A stretch of DNA of 63,798 nt, counting the filler, from Octopus bimaculoides (Eukaryota): NCBI RefSeq assembly GCF_001194135.2. It is 5 parts of 5 records of this genome, joined end to end, with 100 filler letters (N's around TTAATTAATTAA, not from the genome) between each part and the next. Parts side by side here need not be neighbours in the genome. Positions count along the whole stretch, not along the records: positions 32,857 to 42,339 come from NC_068984.1; positions 42,440 to 62,583 come from NC_069007.1; 3 more parts are not named here. One strand, 5' to 3'. The stretch's first letter is position 1; every line of letters begins with the position of its first letter. The notes below the pieces were generated by a model. It saw only the letters and a program-made list of their open reading frames with translations, was not told the origin of the DNA and made no database searches. The translations under genes and the position numbers were made by a program. Of the stretch, positions 39,396-51,869 are shown one piece after another.

Positions 39396-40009
39396 GTATT
39401 AACTATAAGTCAATTCGAATTCTTTGATTGATAATTGAATGGCATTCTGATTGTCAAAACTTAAACTTTAAACTTGTAAGTCAACTAAGTTAAAAAATGA
39501 ATAATTGCATGCCGTACTCAAAAATACTTTTTACCCAATATGGCAATTCTGGTTTAACCTCAAGTCAAACCTGATCGAGTAAATCTGTTGTGAAAGACAC
39601 CTATCCGATAACAATTCGTTTTTGTGTTGTTTTCTTTTCTCAGGTTTACGTTATTGAGTGTGCCTTAAAAAATATTTAAAAGGAAGGCAGGGTGTCATTT
39701 GAGAGACTGGAATACTATTTTTAGCTTTTCGAACGATTATGGGCACATGTTTGTTGTTCAGATTAATGTTTATCCCCTGATCGCTCCTAATCTAGAAGGT
39801 CTATGATTATAGATATTCCAACCATATTCGTATATCTTACTATTGTGTTTTCAGACATTGTATGTAGAATTACATTACTCTGCATATGTTTTAATGCAGT
39901 GTGCTGGGATTTGGTCACTTCTTCCGATTTTCCTCATATAGAATCATAACCTGCCCTTGAAAAGTAAATTCAAACGTCTAAGATGGAACTAATGTTAGCG
40001 AAATATATA

Positions 40010-40222
40010 TTGGTTTCAAATTTTGGCACAAGGCCAGCAATTTCGGGGGACGGGTGAGTCGGTTACATCGACCCCACTGTCCAACTGGTTTTCATTTTAT
40101 CGACCCTGAAAGGATAAAAAGCGAAGTTAACCGTGACAGAATTTGAACTTAGAGCGTAAAGATAGACGAAATGTCACCAAGCATTTTTCCCAGTGTGCTA
40201 ACGATTCTGCCAGCTCGCCACC
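40010..40222 (-). mobile_element. SINE family C, CpG-retaining copy
   Basis: Reverse complement of the family C consensus. Confidence 0.85.
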
Positions 40223-40248
40223 TTATCAACGAAATATATATTCTCTTC

Positions 40249-40639
40249 GTGGAGGCGCAATGGCCCAGTGGTTAGGGCAGCGGACTCGCGGTCATAGGAT
40301 CGCGGTTTCGATTCTCAGACCGGGTGTTGTGAGTGTTCATTGAGCGAAAACACCTAAAGCTCCACGAGGGTTCGGCAGGGGATGATGGTGAACCCTGCTG
40401 TACTCTTCCACCACAACTTTCTCTCACTCTTTCTTCCTGTTTCTGTTGTGCCTGCAATTCAAAGGGTCAGCCTTGTCACACTGTGTCACGCTGAATATCC
40501 CCGAGAACTACGTTAAGAGTACACGTGTCTGTGGAGTGCTCAGTCACTTGCACGTTAATTTCACGAGCAGGCTGTTCTGTTGATCGGATCAACTGGAACC
40601 CTCGACGTCGTAAGCGACGGAGTGCCAACAACAACAACA
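40249..40639 (+). mobile_element. SINE family B, full length
   Basis: Perfect 11-bp TSD atattctcttc at 40238-40248 and 40640-40650; (AAC)n tail. Confidence 0.93.
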
Positions 40640-41309
40640 ATATTCTCTTCATGTTTCGATGTTGCAGAATATTCTGTTCATGAAAAAGAGAGGAAAATTC
40701 ATTTAGATTGGATAACGTAGGCATATGTGTCTGTTTTATGGTAGTTATGACTACAGAAAAGAAATAAATTTGTTCAAAAATTTTGAATGATATTGATATT
40801 TTAAAGGCGGGGAAGGTTTGTTAAAGTAGAGAAATATAAACACTTTTGTTTTCCGTTGATGAAATATTGTTCATACAATATTTATAAATTTATGAAGATG
40901 TTAAAGATATATCAGACGATAACTGCATGTAACTTGACAGAAGTTGGTCGTTGTCCAATCGTATATGTCTCACAATGGTCAAAGAGAACTTCTTTGTCTT
41001 ATATTACATTAATTTTTAATTATATTAGTTTTAACTACACAGAATATCGACACCTATAACAGAACAACGATTCACTAGTTAACAATTAATTAATTACAGA
41101 CTTTACAGAATCAGTTTTGAATTCGGTTAGAGTTTATTTCTCTAATAGTAATATCTTCAGTATTGTTTGTCTACCGGAATAGAACAAGATATTTCACCCT
41201 CACAAACGTAATTTATCGCTAAGCAGACACCAGAAGTTTACGTGGGAAACTGAAGAAAAAGGTGATACATTTTTCAGAGTATTTTTTGCCTCCCATTTAA
41301 ATATTGATT

Positions 41310-41670
41310 TCAAATTTTGGCATAAGGTCGACAAGTTAGTGGAGTTGAACCCGAGTGTTCAACTGGTACTTATTTTATTGGCCCCGAAAGGATGAAAGGC
41401 AAGGTCGACCTCTGCGGAATTTGAACTCCGAACGTAAAGACGGACGAAATGTTGCTAAGCATTTTGTCTAGCGTGCTAACGATTCTGTTAGCTCACCGAC
41501 TTTGTCGTATTTAAATATTGTTTTGGTACAAGGCCGGCAATTCCGGGCGAGGGATAGATCGATTAGATCTATCTAATCAGCTGGTGCTAATTTTATCGAC
41601 TCCGAAAGGATGAAGAGTAAAGTTGACTTCTGCGAAATTTTAACTTGGAACCCCGAAATTTTAACTCAGA
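41310..41670 (-). mobile_element. Two tandem SINE family C copies
   Basis: Family C motifs; CpGs retained. Confidence 0.75.
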
Positions 41671-42163
41671 ACCTCTGCAGTCTGATAGCGACGTCTGTGA
41701 CGCAACTGGTGCAAAACTGTATCAGCTCAAGTCTATGACATTTTCTTTGGATAATATCAGTGACGTGAAGAAAAGGGAGCTGCATGCATGAGCAACTGCT
41801 AGCTTTTCTTCAAAATATCTTACCCAGGCCTGCACACACATGTCAAGACTTACGTTCACTATTGATCGATTGAATCCTACACTTGGCTCTAATTATAAAG
41901 CAACTGGCCACTCATTACATGTCTAGCACGTTCTGTACCTGTTAGCAACATCTGTCTCTTGAACAGTACATGTTTAAAGAAGTGTAGTCTTTAGTACTCT
42001 GGTCCTGTATTACAAGGAATACTGTATTTGTCCCTGTATAAGACATGCTCTCGTATCAGACAAACACCTAATTTTCTGTGGGAAAATGTATTTTTGAAGA
42101 AAAAATAAATTTAATGTTTCATCATACCTTCATATACCTGGTATCCCGTCCTTAATGCAGTCG

Positions 42164-42166
<3 letters not shown>

Positions 42167-42206
<40 letters not shown>

Positions 42207-42293
42207 CACCACCACCACTACTACTACTACTACCACCACTACCACCACCACCACCACTACTACTACTACTACTACCACCACCAACAACAACAA

Positions 42294-42339
<46 letters not shown>
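42167..42339. repeat. Compound (ACT)n/(ACC)n trinucleotide microsatellite
   Basis: Direct inspection; source of the poly-V and poly-L/P ORFs. Confidence 0.95.
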
Positions 42340-42574
42340 NNNNNNNNNNNNNNNNNNNNNNNNNNNNNNNNNNNNNNNNNNNNTTAATTAATTAANNNNN
42401 NNNNNNNNNNNNNNNNNNNNNNNNNNNNNNNNNNNNNNNAAATTCAGTAATTATTATTATTTCACAAAAGTGAAAAAAACTTAATTATTTTAAATTTATC
42501 AATATGTACATACATAGCTTGGTGGTTTACATCACGGATGTAGATGGCTGTGGATCATCAACAGCTAACTCTGA

Positions 42575-44790
42575 CTAGTTTTGTTGTTTGATGCGCTTAA
42601 AAAACTGGCTGAAAGTTCCTTCAACTGTCTTCTTCTTTTCCTCTAGGATTACATTATAAGGGGCAAAAGCTTCATGACAAGCCCCCATAATTTTGGAAAA
42701 GCGTTGAGCATTTGGATCCATATCCTCGAACATAGAAAGACCTTTTTCAATATATGCAAATGCTTGCTGCATTTTCTTAATGGTAAAGTGACGTGGCTCA
42801 GGTTCGACTTCCTCCTCTTCTTTATTTTGCTGCTCGTGGAGCTCTATAAAATCCTCATTTATCAGGGACTGCTTGTCTTTTTCAAATAAATCTGTGAACT
42901 CCTTCTCCTCCAAATCCATTTCCAGTTCTTTGCTCGTAGTCACCAACGTTTTGCTGATAGCAACATTATCAAACCCCTTAAAATCATTCATGAAATGTGG
43001 GCATAGATTCTTCCATACACTATTCATAGCCATGCTCTGTACATCATTCCATGCCGCTACTATGTTCTGTACAACCTTTTAGATATCGTAATTCTTCCAA
43101 AAGTCACGAAGTGTGATGGACTCATCAAGATCAGTTGCAGCTATTACTTGCCACAGCGTACACTTCACATAGTAACGCTTGAAGATAGCAATTATTCCCT
43201 GATCCATTGACTGCAGAAGAGATGTGGTGTTCGGAGGGAGGGATACGACTGTAACATTGGGGGTCAAAATCCACAATGTTTTGCGGGTGGCCACGCTTAT
43301 AATCTAAGATAAGTAAAACCTTAAAAGGAATCCCCTTCTCTTTACAATAATTCTCTGCCACTGGGATAAAATGATTGAAGAACCAATCTTCAAAAACAAC
43401 AACAGTAACCCATGCTTTTGAATTAGCCATCCATATGACAGGGAGAGATGCCTTGGGTATGTTCTTCAGGCCATGGGGGTTGTGTGCATGATACGCAAGC
43501 AATGGTTTTAACTGAAAATCTCCTGCACAATTACCTCCCAACATAATAGTCACACATTCTTTTGAAACCTTGTAGTCTGGAATAGTTTTCTCCTCCTTGG
43601 AAATGAATGAATGGTCTGACAATTTTTTCCAATACAATCCAGTTTTGTCCATATTAAAAATCTGTTTTCTTCGATGATTTTCTTTAATGCATTAGGAAAT
43701 TCCACTGCTGCTTGTTCATCAGTTGATGCACTTGTAGTGGTTAAGTGTGCGTCAGTATGTGTTAAGGTGAGCAAATGCAATAGGCATGTGAATGCCTTTG
43801 AAGTAAACAAATAAATGACATCGATTCATGGTTAAAACAATTTATTTACTGTANNNNNNNNNNNNNNNNNNNNNNNNNNNNNNNNNNNNNNNNNNNNNNN
43901 NNNNNNNNNNNNNNNNNNNNNNNNNNNNNNNNNNNNNNNNNNNNNNNNNNNNNNNNNNNNNNNNNNNNNNNNNNNNNNNNNNNNNNNNNNNNNNNNNNNN
44001 NNNNNNNNNNNNNNNNNNNNNNNNNNNNNNNNNNNNNNNNNNNNNNNNNNNNNNNNNNNNNNNNNNNNNNNNNNNNNNNNNNNNNNNNNNNNNNNNNNNN
44101 NNNNNNNNNNNNNNNNNNNNNNNNNNNNNNNNNNNNNNNNNNNNNNNNNNNNNNNNNNNNNNNNNNNNNNNNNNNNNNNNNNNNNNNNNNNNNNNNNNNN
44201 NNNNNNNNNNNNNNNNNNNNNNNNNNNNNNNNNNNNNNNNNNNNNNNNNNNNNNNNNNNNNNNNNNNNNNNNNNNNNNNNNNNNNNNNNNNNNNNNNNNN
44301 NNNNNNNNNNNNNNNNNNNNAGCTTGGAGAAGGAAGTATTAAGTTTTACACACTTTCACCTTGCTTCTTAATGAAGTGATAACTTCTTTGTTCCTTAAAT
44401 CTCAAGAACCATCCTTGACTTACTTTGAATTCTACATCTTTCTCCTCTGGATATTTTTTCTTCAGGTCCTCAAACAAAGACAACGCTTTCTCTTGAATGA
44501 TTTCTTAACTAATAGTAGCACGCTGACGATTCAACCTAAGAGAAAGACTTTCCATTTCTTCAAAGATTTTGCCTCTTTTCTTATCGATGACAGTGTTCTT
44601 CATCCCTGGGGCTTCAGATTTGATAAAATCTTGTCCTCATTATGTACGATGGTTGATACAGTTGTCCGACTCATCCCAAAAGGTCATGCAATTGCTACCA
44701 CTTTTTCACCTTTTCCATGGCATTTTATCATAGCCAGTTTATCTTCCAACATTATAGCATGACGCTTAGCACTTTCATTATGAATATTCG
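42575..44790 (-). pseudogene. Tigger/pogo-family transposase pseudogene (CENP-B-type HTH plus DDE)
   Basis: N-terminal KRHAIMLEDKLAMIK...GMSRTTVSTIV; second HTH EIIQEKALSLFEDLK...FKVSQGWFLRFK; DDE region DKTGLYWKKLS...TIMLGGNCAGDFQLKPLL...WMANSKAWVT...KVLLILDYKRGHP; PPNTTSLLQSMDQGIIAIFKRYY. Multiple stops and frameshifts. Confidence 0.92.
43733..44350. mobile_element. Probable solo LTR inserted in the Tigger ORF (interior mostly gap)
   Basis: Termini TGTA...TACA with a 4-bp TSD CACT (43729-32, 44351-54); removing it restores the frame GGT GAA AGT GCA TCA ACT GAT (GESASTD). Confidence 0.75.
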
Positions 44791-45843
44791 TAGGAGCCGA
44801 TAAACAGACGTAACCAAATCTGAATTCAAAACAATTGCAGAAATCACAAGTAACAACGACGCCTAACAGTAGATATTGGAACTACATTGCAATATGAGCT
44901 CCGAAAGACTGATTTCAGAACTGATTTCATGATTTTGTTCACTAAGCTACACTATTTTATGGTGTGTATCTTAACATTTACTGTACGTATTTTAATATGA
45001 TTTCATATGCTTTTATTCTTATTTATTGTACAGTAATATGATTTTATGTACTTTTAATGGTTTTCTAGTGATTTTACAACTCCAATATTTGTGGCAGACA
45101 GACGTAAAGTCGAGTAAAATGACTTAACTTGATTTTTATTTTTCTATATATTATTTTTGAAAACCGACATATAATCAAGAATGACTTAAATCGAAACAAC
45201 TTAAGCCAAGGTATGCCTCATATTTTAACTGCGCAAAGGCAAATTCACTGCAGTTACCATGGAGATAAATTCTCTCTTATGGTAAAAAAGTGTAAAAACA
45301 CCATGTTTTATACAGGAAATAAAGGTTTTGTTCAGAGACCCCAAGTTGTCCTGAGCATCGCAGATGACCACTGGGGCCATACTTTTGTGGTCCCAGCAGA
45401 TTCTTTGACTGATTTTCCAGGAATCAAATTCACAACCTTAGAATCACTAGCAAAATACACTAACCACTAAGCCATGCACCTTCCCCAGTTGTTAGACGAC
45501 ACACAAATCAAACACTAATATTTGTTGTTCCTGTTTTCACTGAATGTTGGATGAAAGAAGGCCATATAATGTTTCTCCGAGATAAAGAGAGGGTTGGCAA
45601 AAGTAAGGTTTAAGTTTGCTGGGCCTCACAAATGTGATGGTATGAGATTTAGTAGAATGACAATACAATGCACAGTAGACTTGTCCAATATTTGCTAGCA
45701 AGTTGATTTGTAATTAGGTAAGAAGTCTGTTTGGTGATTTAATTAGGTAACATCTGTTTGATTATCTGCCAAACTGAGTTTCATGCAGTAAAATCACATT
45801 TTACTGCATGAGAATCAATTGTTGCTTTATACTGTTGACATAT

Positions 45844-46061
45844 TTAACCCTTTCATTACCGTACTTCTGTTGATATGCTCTGTGTTTCATTCAATTAATT
45901 TTAAATATAACAAAGAATTTAGTAAAATAACTTAGTTATCATTAAGCTAGTCTTAGGAACATTAATTGTGACTAAGGTTTGGTGGAAGAGTTTAATTCAA
46001 AACTTATGAAAACAAGACATTTGTACTACAGAGCCAGGTGGATTGGTATTGAAAGGGTTAA
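45844..46061. mobile_element. piggyBac-like MITE
   Basis: TTAA-ccctttcattacc ... ggtattgaaaggg-TTAA. Confidence 0.88.
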
Positions 46062-46489
46062 TGTAGGGAGTATTAAAAAGTTAACTACAGTTCTGTTAGT
46101 GTTAACAGATTTAATGTTGAGAGTATTAAAAAAAATCTTTAAACAATTTTTTTACACAATACCTAATGACATTTAATTATAAAGATATAATGGGATCTTT
46201 TGAAACATGACAAGTTATGGGGATCCAGTAGAGCAAAATAGGGACCAAAGGGGTCCATAGGCAAAAAATGGTTGAGAACCACTAGCATAAACAAAGCCAG
46301 CAGGTTGGTTTAGGCTCAAAGGTCCAGGTGCTTCTGACAAGACACAAAATGTTGAAACACCAGTGTTCCAGAATCCTCTGCACTATTGAGGGTGTTGAAC
46401 ACCCTATCATCATAAAAGAGAGGAGTTTTTCTTCTTTCGCATACACTACAATGACTAGCAGACTTTGTGTCTGAACCTTCGTAGACATA

Positions 46490-46709
46490 CCCAGGGGTGG
46501 GGAGCTGAAAAGTTCCTGGCTTTGGGTAAAAGAAAATGCAGGAGGATCAGTTAATTATGATTTTATTCAACATATTTCCCTCTCAGATTCACACACTTAT
46601 TGCAGCCGTCCCTCAGTTTTCTAAGCCCTGTAAAAGAACTCGGAAGGTTAGGCCTCCAACCAGGCCTTTCATGATACCCTTAACACCAGCAACTTTTCAG
46701 GACCCTTCG
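46490..46709 (-). mobile_element. mariner-derived MITE
   Basis: TA-flanked, imperfect TIR (c/t)gaaaagtt(c/g)ctgg; reverse-complement homologue of 55775-55982. Confidence 0.8.
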
Positions 46710-47995
46710 TATTAAGAGTAAATATAAATAATAATAGATGCACCCTTTTAAAGCCTAGCCAGGCTCATGGGCCCGGTTTCCCTGTTTCTATGGCATATGC
46801 ATTCCCCAGCTGGATGGGACACCAGTCCATCACAGCGTGACTCATTTTTGCCAGCTGAGTGGACTGGGGCAACGTGAAATGAAGTGTTTTGCTCAAGAAC
46901 ACAATGCGTTGCCCGGTCCAGGAATCGAAACCACAATCTTGCGATCATGATGCTGACACCCTAACCACTAAGCCACGTGCCTCCACAAAAGTAAATATGC
47001 AAATAGTATTAAAAAGTTTAATTGGAAATAGTTATGTGGTAAGACATGAAGGCACATGGCCTAGTGTGTAGGCTATTGGACTCATGATCACTGGATCATG
47101 AGTTCAGTCCCTAGACCAGGCGTTGTGTTGTGTTCTTGACAGAAACCTTTCATTTCACATTGCATCAGCCCCTCTTTTGATTGGTGGGGAATGTCAGCCT
47201 GCTTGCCTAGCCAGCGGGCTGGTGTCATTTGAAGGCTAAAATGATGCAAAGTGCATTGTGACCAACGATGTGTAATAGCATCTGATAGTCTGGTTGGTTA
47301 CACAATAATGTGACGTCGTGAGACAGACAGTTGAGTTAGTATTACTATAATGGGTGGACGTCAGAGATAGGTAGCACCAATAAGTTCAAACTTCTCCATT
47401 TTGAAGGGGATACTTCTGATTTTTTTTTTTGTATGGTGCCAAAAAATTTGTGAAAATTTACCATCTCTTTTACTCTTTTACTTGTTTCAGTCATTTGACT
47501 GTGGCCATGCTGGAGCACTGCCTTTTAGTCGTGTAAATCGACCCCAGGACTTATTCTTTGTAAGCCTAGTACTTATTTTATCGGTCTCTTTTGCCAAACC
47601 ACTAAGTTATGGGGATGTAAACACACCAGCATCAGTTGTCAAGCGATGTTGGGGAGACAAACACACACACATATATANNNNNNNNNNTTTTTTTTTTTTT
47701 TTTTTTTTTTTTTACAGAAAAGGCTTCTCAACCAAAATCAGTCTGAAGAGGGGAAGATGGTAGGGGTGGGGTTAAAAGAAACCATTTTTTAGAAAAAAAT
47801 GTTTTTGTTAAAAAGATGGTCCAGATCATTTACAAAGGCTCCGTGAAAAAAAAAAATCTGGAAAACTCTTAAAACAGAGAAATTCCAACATGTTGGTGCT
47901 ACCTATCTCCAACATCCAGAATTTAATGTAGGAGTATTAAAATGTTAATTAGAAATTCTTAAGACAAAGAGATAGTTAAGTTAGCGTTAATATAT

Positions 47996-48216
47996 TTAAC
48001 CCTTTGCTATTCAAATTATTTCTTTGAAAGTAATGCTTATGTATTCACGTTGCTTTGAATGGATTATCTCATAGCTTTGAGATTTATATGAGGTAACTGT
48101 TTATTTTTAGAATGACATTGTAGGGTAGGTGTGAGAGGTTGGATCTGGCCAGTTTGAACATAAAATGGGCAGAATACTTTGGGTTGGTTATGGCTGGTTT
48201 AAATGCTAAAGGGTTA
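47996..48216. mobile_element. piggyBac-like MITE (family of 19974-20195)
   Basis: TTAA-ccctttgctattc ... aatgctaaagggtta. Confidence 0.8.
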
Positions 48217-48246
48217 CAGTAGGAAATATTAAAAAGTTAACTAATA

Positions 48247-48386
48247 GGCGTAGGAGTGGCTGTGTGGTAAGAAGATTGCCAGTCCCACTGCATGGCACCT
48301 TGGGCAAGTGTCTTGTACTATATCCTCGGGCTGACCAAAGCCTTGTGAGTGGATTTAGTAGACGGAAACTGAAAGAAGCTCATCGT

Positions 48387-48417
<31 letters not shown>

Positions 48418-48650
48418 ATATTTTATGTATGTATGTGTGTATATGTTTGTGTGTCTGTGTTTGTCCCCCCCAAATCGCTTGACAACCAATGCTGGTGTGT
48501 TTACGTCCCTGTAACTTAGCGGTTCGGCAAAAGTGACCGATAGAATAAGTACTAGACTTACAAAGAATAAATCCTGGGTTCGATTTGCTCGACTAAAGGC
48601 GGTGCTCCAGCATGGCCACAGTCAAATGACTGAAACAAGTAAAAGAGTAG
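48247..48650 (+). mobile_element. SINE family A in the intron upstream of the first visible NDPK exon
   Basis: ggcgtaggagtggctgtgtggtaagaag...ctccagcatggccacagtcaaatgactgaaacaagtaaaagag. Confidence 0.88.
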
Positions 48651-48860
48651 AAATAATTTGGGGAGATGAGACTAAGGGACATAGTAAAGTTACGGTTAGG
48701 GAGATATTTTATGAAACTCCACACCATATTTTTTTGATTAATTTCGAAATTTATTGAAGCATCTTGTGCAATGTTATTCATTTGAAGAAGGGTTCCATAA
48801 GGGTTTAATATGAAATGAAATCCTTTTCTTAATTGTGTATTTCTTATTTCTCCTTTGCAG

Positions 48861-48962
48861 CCAACCAAGGAACTTTTAGAAGCCCACTATGCTGAACATA
48901 AAGGGAAAAGTTTCTTTGACAAGCTTGTGGCATATATGTCATCTGGACCTGTCTTTGCCATG
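48861..48962 (+). CDS. nme: Nucleoside diphosphate kinase (group I NME), internal coding exon
   Basis: Polypyrimidine acceptor ttctcctttgcag, donor ATG|gtgagt, 102 nt, phase 0-0. Encodes [34 protein letters not shown], matching the NDPK HY..FF..L..YM.SGPV.AM motif. Confidence 0.95.
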
Positions 48963-49020
48963 GTGAGTACATATTGGAATTGGTCAATGTTTTCCATGTT
49001 TTTTCTTTATTTTGTCTTTA

Positions 49021-49510
49021 GATCCATTGGTAGGAGAAAGGAGATGGCCAAGATGGCCAATGTATTGTACATGCAGAGCTTTGTCTTCTGGGAGATAGAT
49101 CAGTGGGTCTTCTTCAAGACCCTGGCAAAAAGTATCAATGACATTGAGCGCAGATCCCCGAGAACACTTGAGAATATCAGATGGTACCATCATGTTTCCA
49201 ACAAAGAACTGCATACATGTACATATCAGCTTGCAGTCTCCCACCTCATAGCTATCTATTGCATGCGCTGGTGTGAACATGTACTCCGTCTCCCACTAGA
49301 TCATCCTACCAGCTGCAGCCTGGAATAGACCCTGTACCAGGCCCCATGCCAGATGGCTGGATGTGATTAAGGAAGATCACCAGAGGCTCAATGTTACTTT
49401 GGAGGATGCACAGGGGCTGGCACAGGACTGCCAGCAATAGCAAGCACTGGTAGACCTGGTTGTCTCTATGCACGATGATGTCCCTGGGACCACAAACCCG
49501 AGATGACCCC
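49021..49510 (+). mobile_element. RTE-clade LINE 3' fragment inside an NDPK intron
   Basis: [27 protein letters not shown]...[16 protein letters not shown], then after a frameshift ARWLDVIKEDHQRLNVTLEDAQGLAQD; RTE C-terminal pattern. Confidence 0.8.
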
Positions 49511-49767
49511 AGCCCCATCAAACAAGAGGAGGCAAACCTGCATATTCCTAGTCACTGTGTGTGTGTGTGTGTGATGCTGATTCTGCTGGGGAACTATGTT
49601 AAGGGCACATGTGTCTCTGGAATACTCAGCCACTTATGCATTAATTCAGGAGCTGGTAATTCAGATCAAACGAGTGAATCGCCATCATTGAAACTAATGG
49701 AGAATCATTTGTGTGTGTGTGTGTTTCTTTGGGTTGCATATTAATCATATTTTAATTCCTTGTTTAG

Positions 49768-49880
49768 GTGCTGGAGGGGGAAGGTGTTGTACAGATGTGC
49801 CGTCAAATGATTGGTGCCACCAAACCACAAGAGTCGATGCTCCGTACCATCCGAGGAGACTATGCTATTGAAATGGGGAG
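49768..49880 (+). CDS. nme: NDPK internal coding exon (Kpn loop)
   Basis: Acceptor ttccttgtttag, donor AG|gtatgg, 113 nt, phase 0-2. Encodes [37 protein letters not shown](R); R88, T94 and R105 equivalents are present. Confidence 0.95.
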
Positions 49881-50403
49881 GTATGGCTTACTTANNNNNN
49901 NNNNNNNNNNNNNNNNNNNNNNNNNNNNNNNNNNNNNNNNNNNNNNNNNNNNNNNNNNNNNNNNNNNNNNNNNNNNNNNNNNNNNNNNNNNNNNNNNNNN
50001 NNNNNNNNNNNNNNNNNNNNNNNNNNNNNNNNNNNNNNNNNNNNNNNNNNNNNNNNNNNNNNNNNNNNNNNNNNNNNNNNNNNNNNNNNNNNNNNNNNNN
50101 NNNNNNNNNNNNNNNNNNNNNNNNNNNNNNNNNNNNNNNNNNNNNNNNNNNNNNNNNNNNNNNNNNNNNNNNNNNNNNNNNNNNNNNNNNNNNNNNNNNN
50201 NNNNNNNNNNNNNNNNNNNNNNNNNNNNNNNNNNNNNNNNNNNNNNNNNNNNNNNNNNNNNNNNNNNNNNNNNNNNNNNNNNNNNNNNNNNNNNNNNNNN
50301 NNNNNNNNNNNNNNNNNNNNNNNNNNNNNNNNNNNNNNNNNNNNNNNNNNNNNNNNNNNNNNNNNNNNNNNNNNNNNNNNNNNNNNNNNNNNNNNNNNNN
50401 NNN

Positions 50404-50442
<39 letters not shown>

Positions 50443-51651
50443 TGCATGCATGGCTGTGTGGTGGAAAAGTTCATTTCCCCACCAACATGGTTTCAAGTTC
50501 CACCTTGTTGTTGTTATTATTCAGGTCACTGCCTGGAATCGAACTCGGAATCTTGGGTTTAGTAACCTGCACTCTTAACTACTACACCATATGTCCGTGG
50601 GCAATTATGAAGTGAATTTTTAGGGCTTATAAATCTAATATTTTCCTACCCTTTTTTAATACCGGTTCCCATATGGTGTTCATATCTGTACTCGGTCTAC
50701 TTAGGAGGTTGTGTCCTAGCATATGTGCTGCTTCTTTTAGTTTTCGTATTTTCCACTGGTATTCTAACTTCATCCCACAGGGGGAGGTGGTCTCCATTTT
50801 TCCATACATGATCGGCTATACCCGATTTATCAATATCTCCCTGCGTCTTCTGTTTAAAGCTTCAGTCCAACCAATGCTTTGAGAGTGAATCTGGTTGATG
50901 AAAACTGTACAGAAATCCATTTGTGTGTGTATATGTGGTGTTGGTTTATTTAAGTCCCTTTAACTTGGCAGTTCAGCAAGGAAAAGACTGACAGAATAAC
51001 TATCAGACTTGAAAAATAAGCATTGGGGTACACTGAGTGAGCTGTATTATAGCTGGAAGCTTAGTGGTTAGTGTTTCATTCAGGTTCATAAAGTTGTGGT
51101 TTCAATTCCTGAACCAGGTAATGCATTTTTGTGTGTGTGTGTGTGTGTGTGTGAAAAAAAAACTGACAATCAGCTAGCATTCCTGGACATATTAACCCAT
51201 TACCTACCATAATTCTATTGACTGGAATATTTTAATGAAACTGTGATTTCTAGCATAAAACAGCCTTAGAAACACGCTGGAATGATCAAAATAACATTTC
51301 AAAATAACATTTTAAATAGAAATAAGCGAGATATTGGGTGTAAAATTAGCAAACCTCATTTGAATATCAGAGAAATATACCTAGTAGATATAGCAAAAAG
51401 GTTAGATATGTGTAAATATTGACAGATAATTATGAAATTTGTGATTTTTAAGTGACCTCATATGAGATCTCTGGTAGGTAATGGGTTAATAACACACACC
51501 AAGTAAGGATTCAGGACATATGCTCATATACAGTGACACCACTCTGTGTGTGTATGTTTGTGAGAGTGTCTACATATATTTTATTGTAACAAAGTACTGA
51601 TTCTCGTAACCATCTTGGTTCACTAATTGTATTTCTTGATCATCTTTCCAG

Positions 51652-51769
51652 AAATATTGTTCATGGCAGTGACTCTGTGACATCAGCCAACCATGAAATA
51701 AGTCTTTGGTTTTCTTCTGATGAACTCATCTCTTGGGAATCGGCAACGGAACACTTGCGATACGAATGA
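51652..51769 (+). CDS. nme: NDPK terminal coding exon with catalytic histidine
   Basis: Acceptor catctttccag, 118 nt including stop, phase 2 continues the previous exon. Encodes (R)NIVHGSDSVTSANHEISLWFSSDELISWESATEHLRYE*, with the HGSDS phosphohistidine signature and a C-terminal YE. Confidence 0.95.
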
Positions 51770-51869
51770 TTTTGGTGTAGTTACAGACTTCAGCTGGAAA
51801 TGATGATATTTCATCAAGAAATTCCTCCATCTTGTCTCATCACATCAACTTATTATTTGTTTAGGGATC

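Noticed and set aside
45129-45470. ORF containing DKFSLMVKK, superficially like the NDPK N-terminus
   Set aside because: Lacks KPDG and QRG and has no phase-0 donor; not the missing exon.
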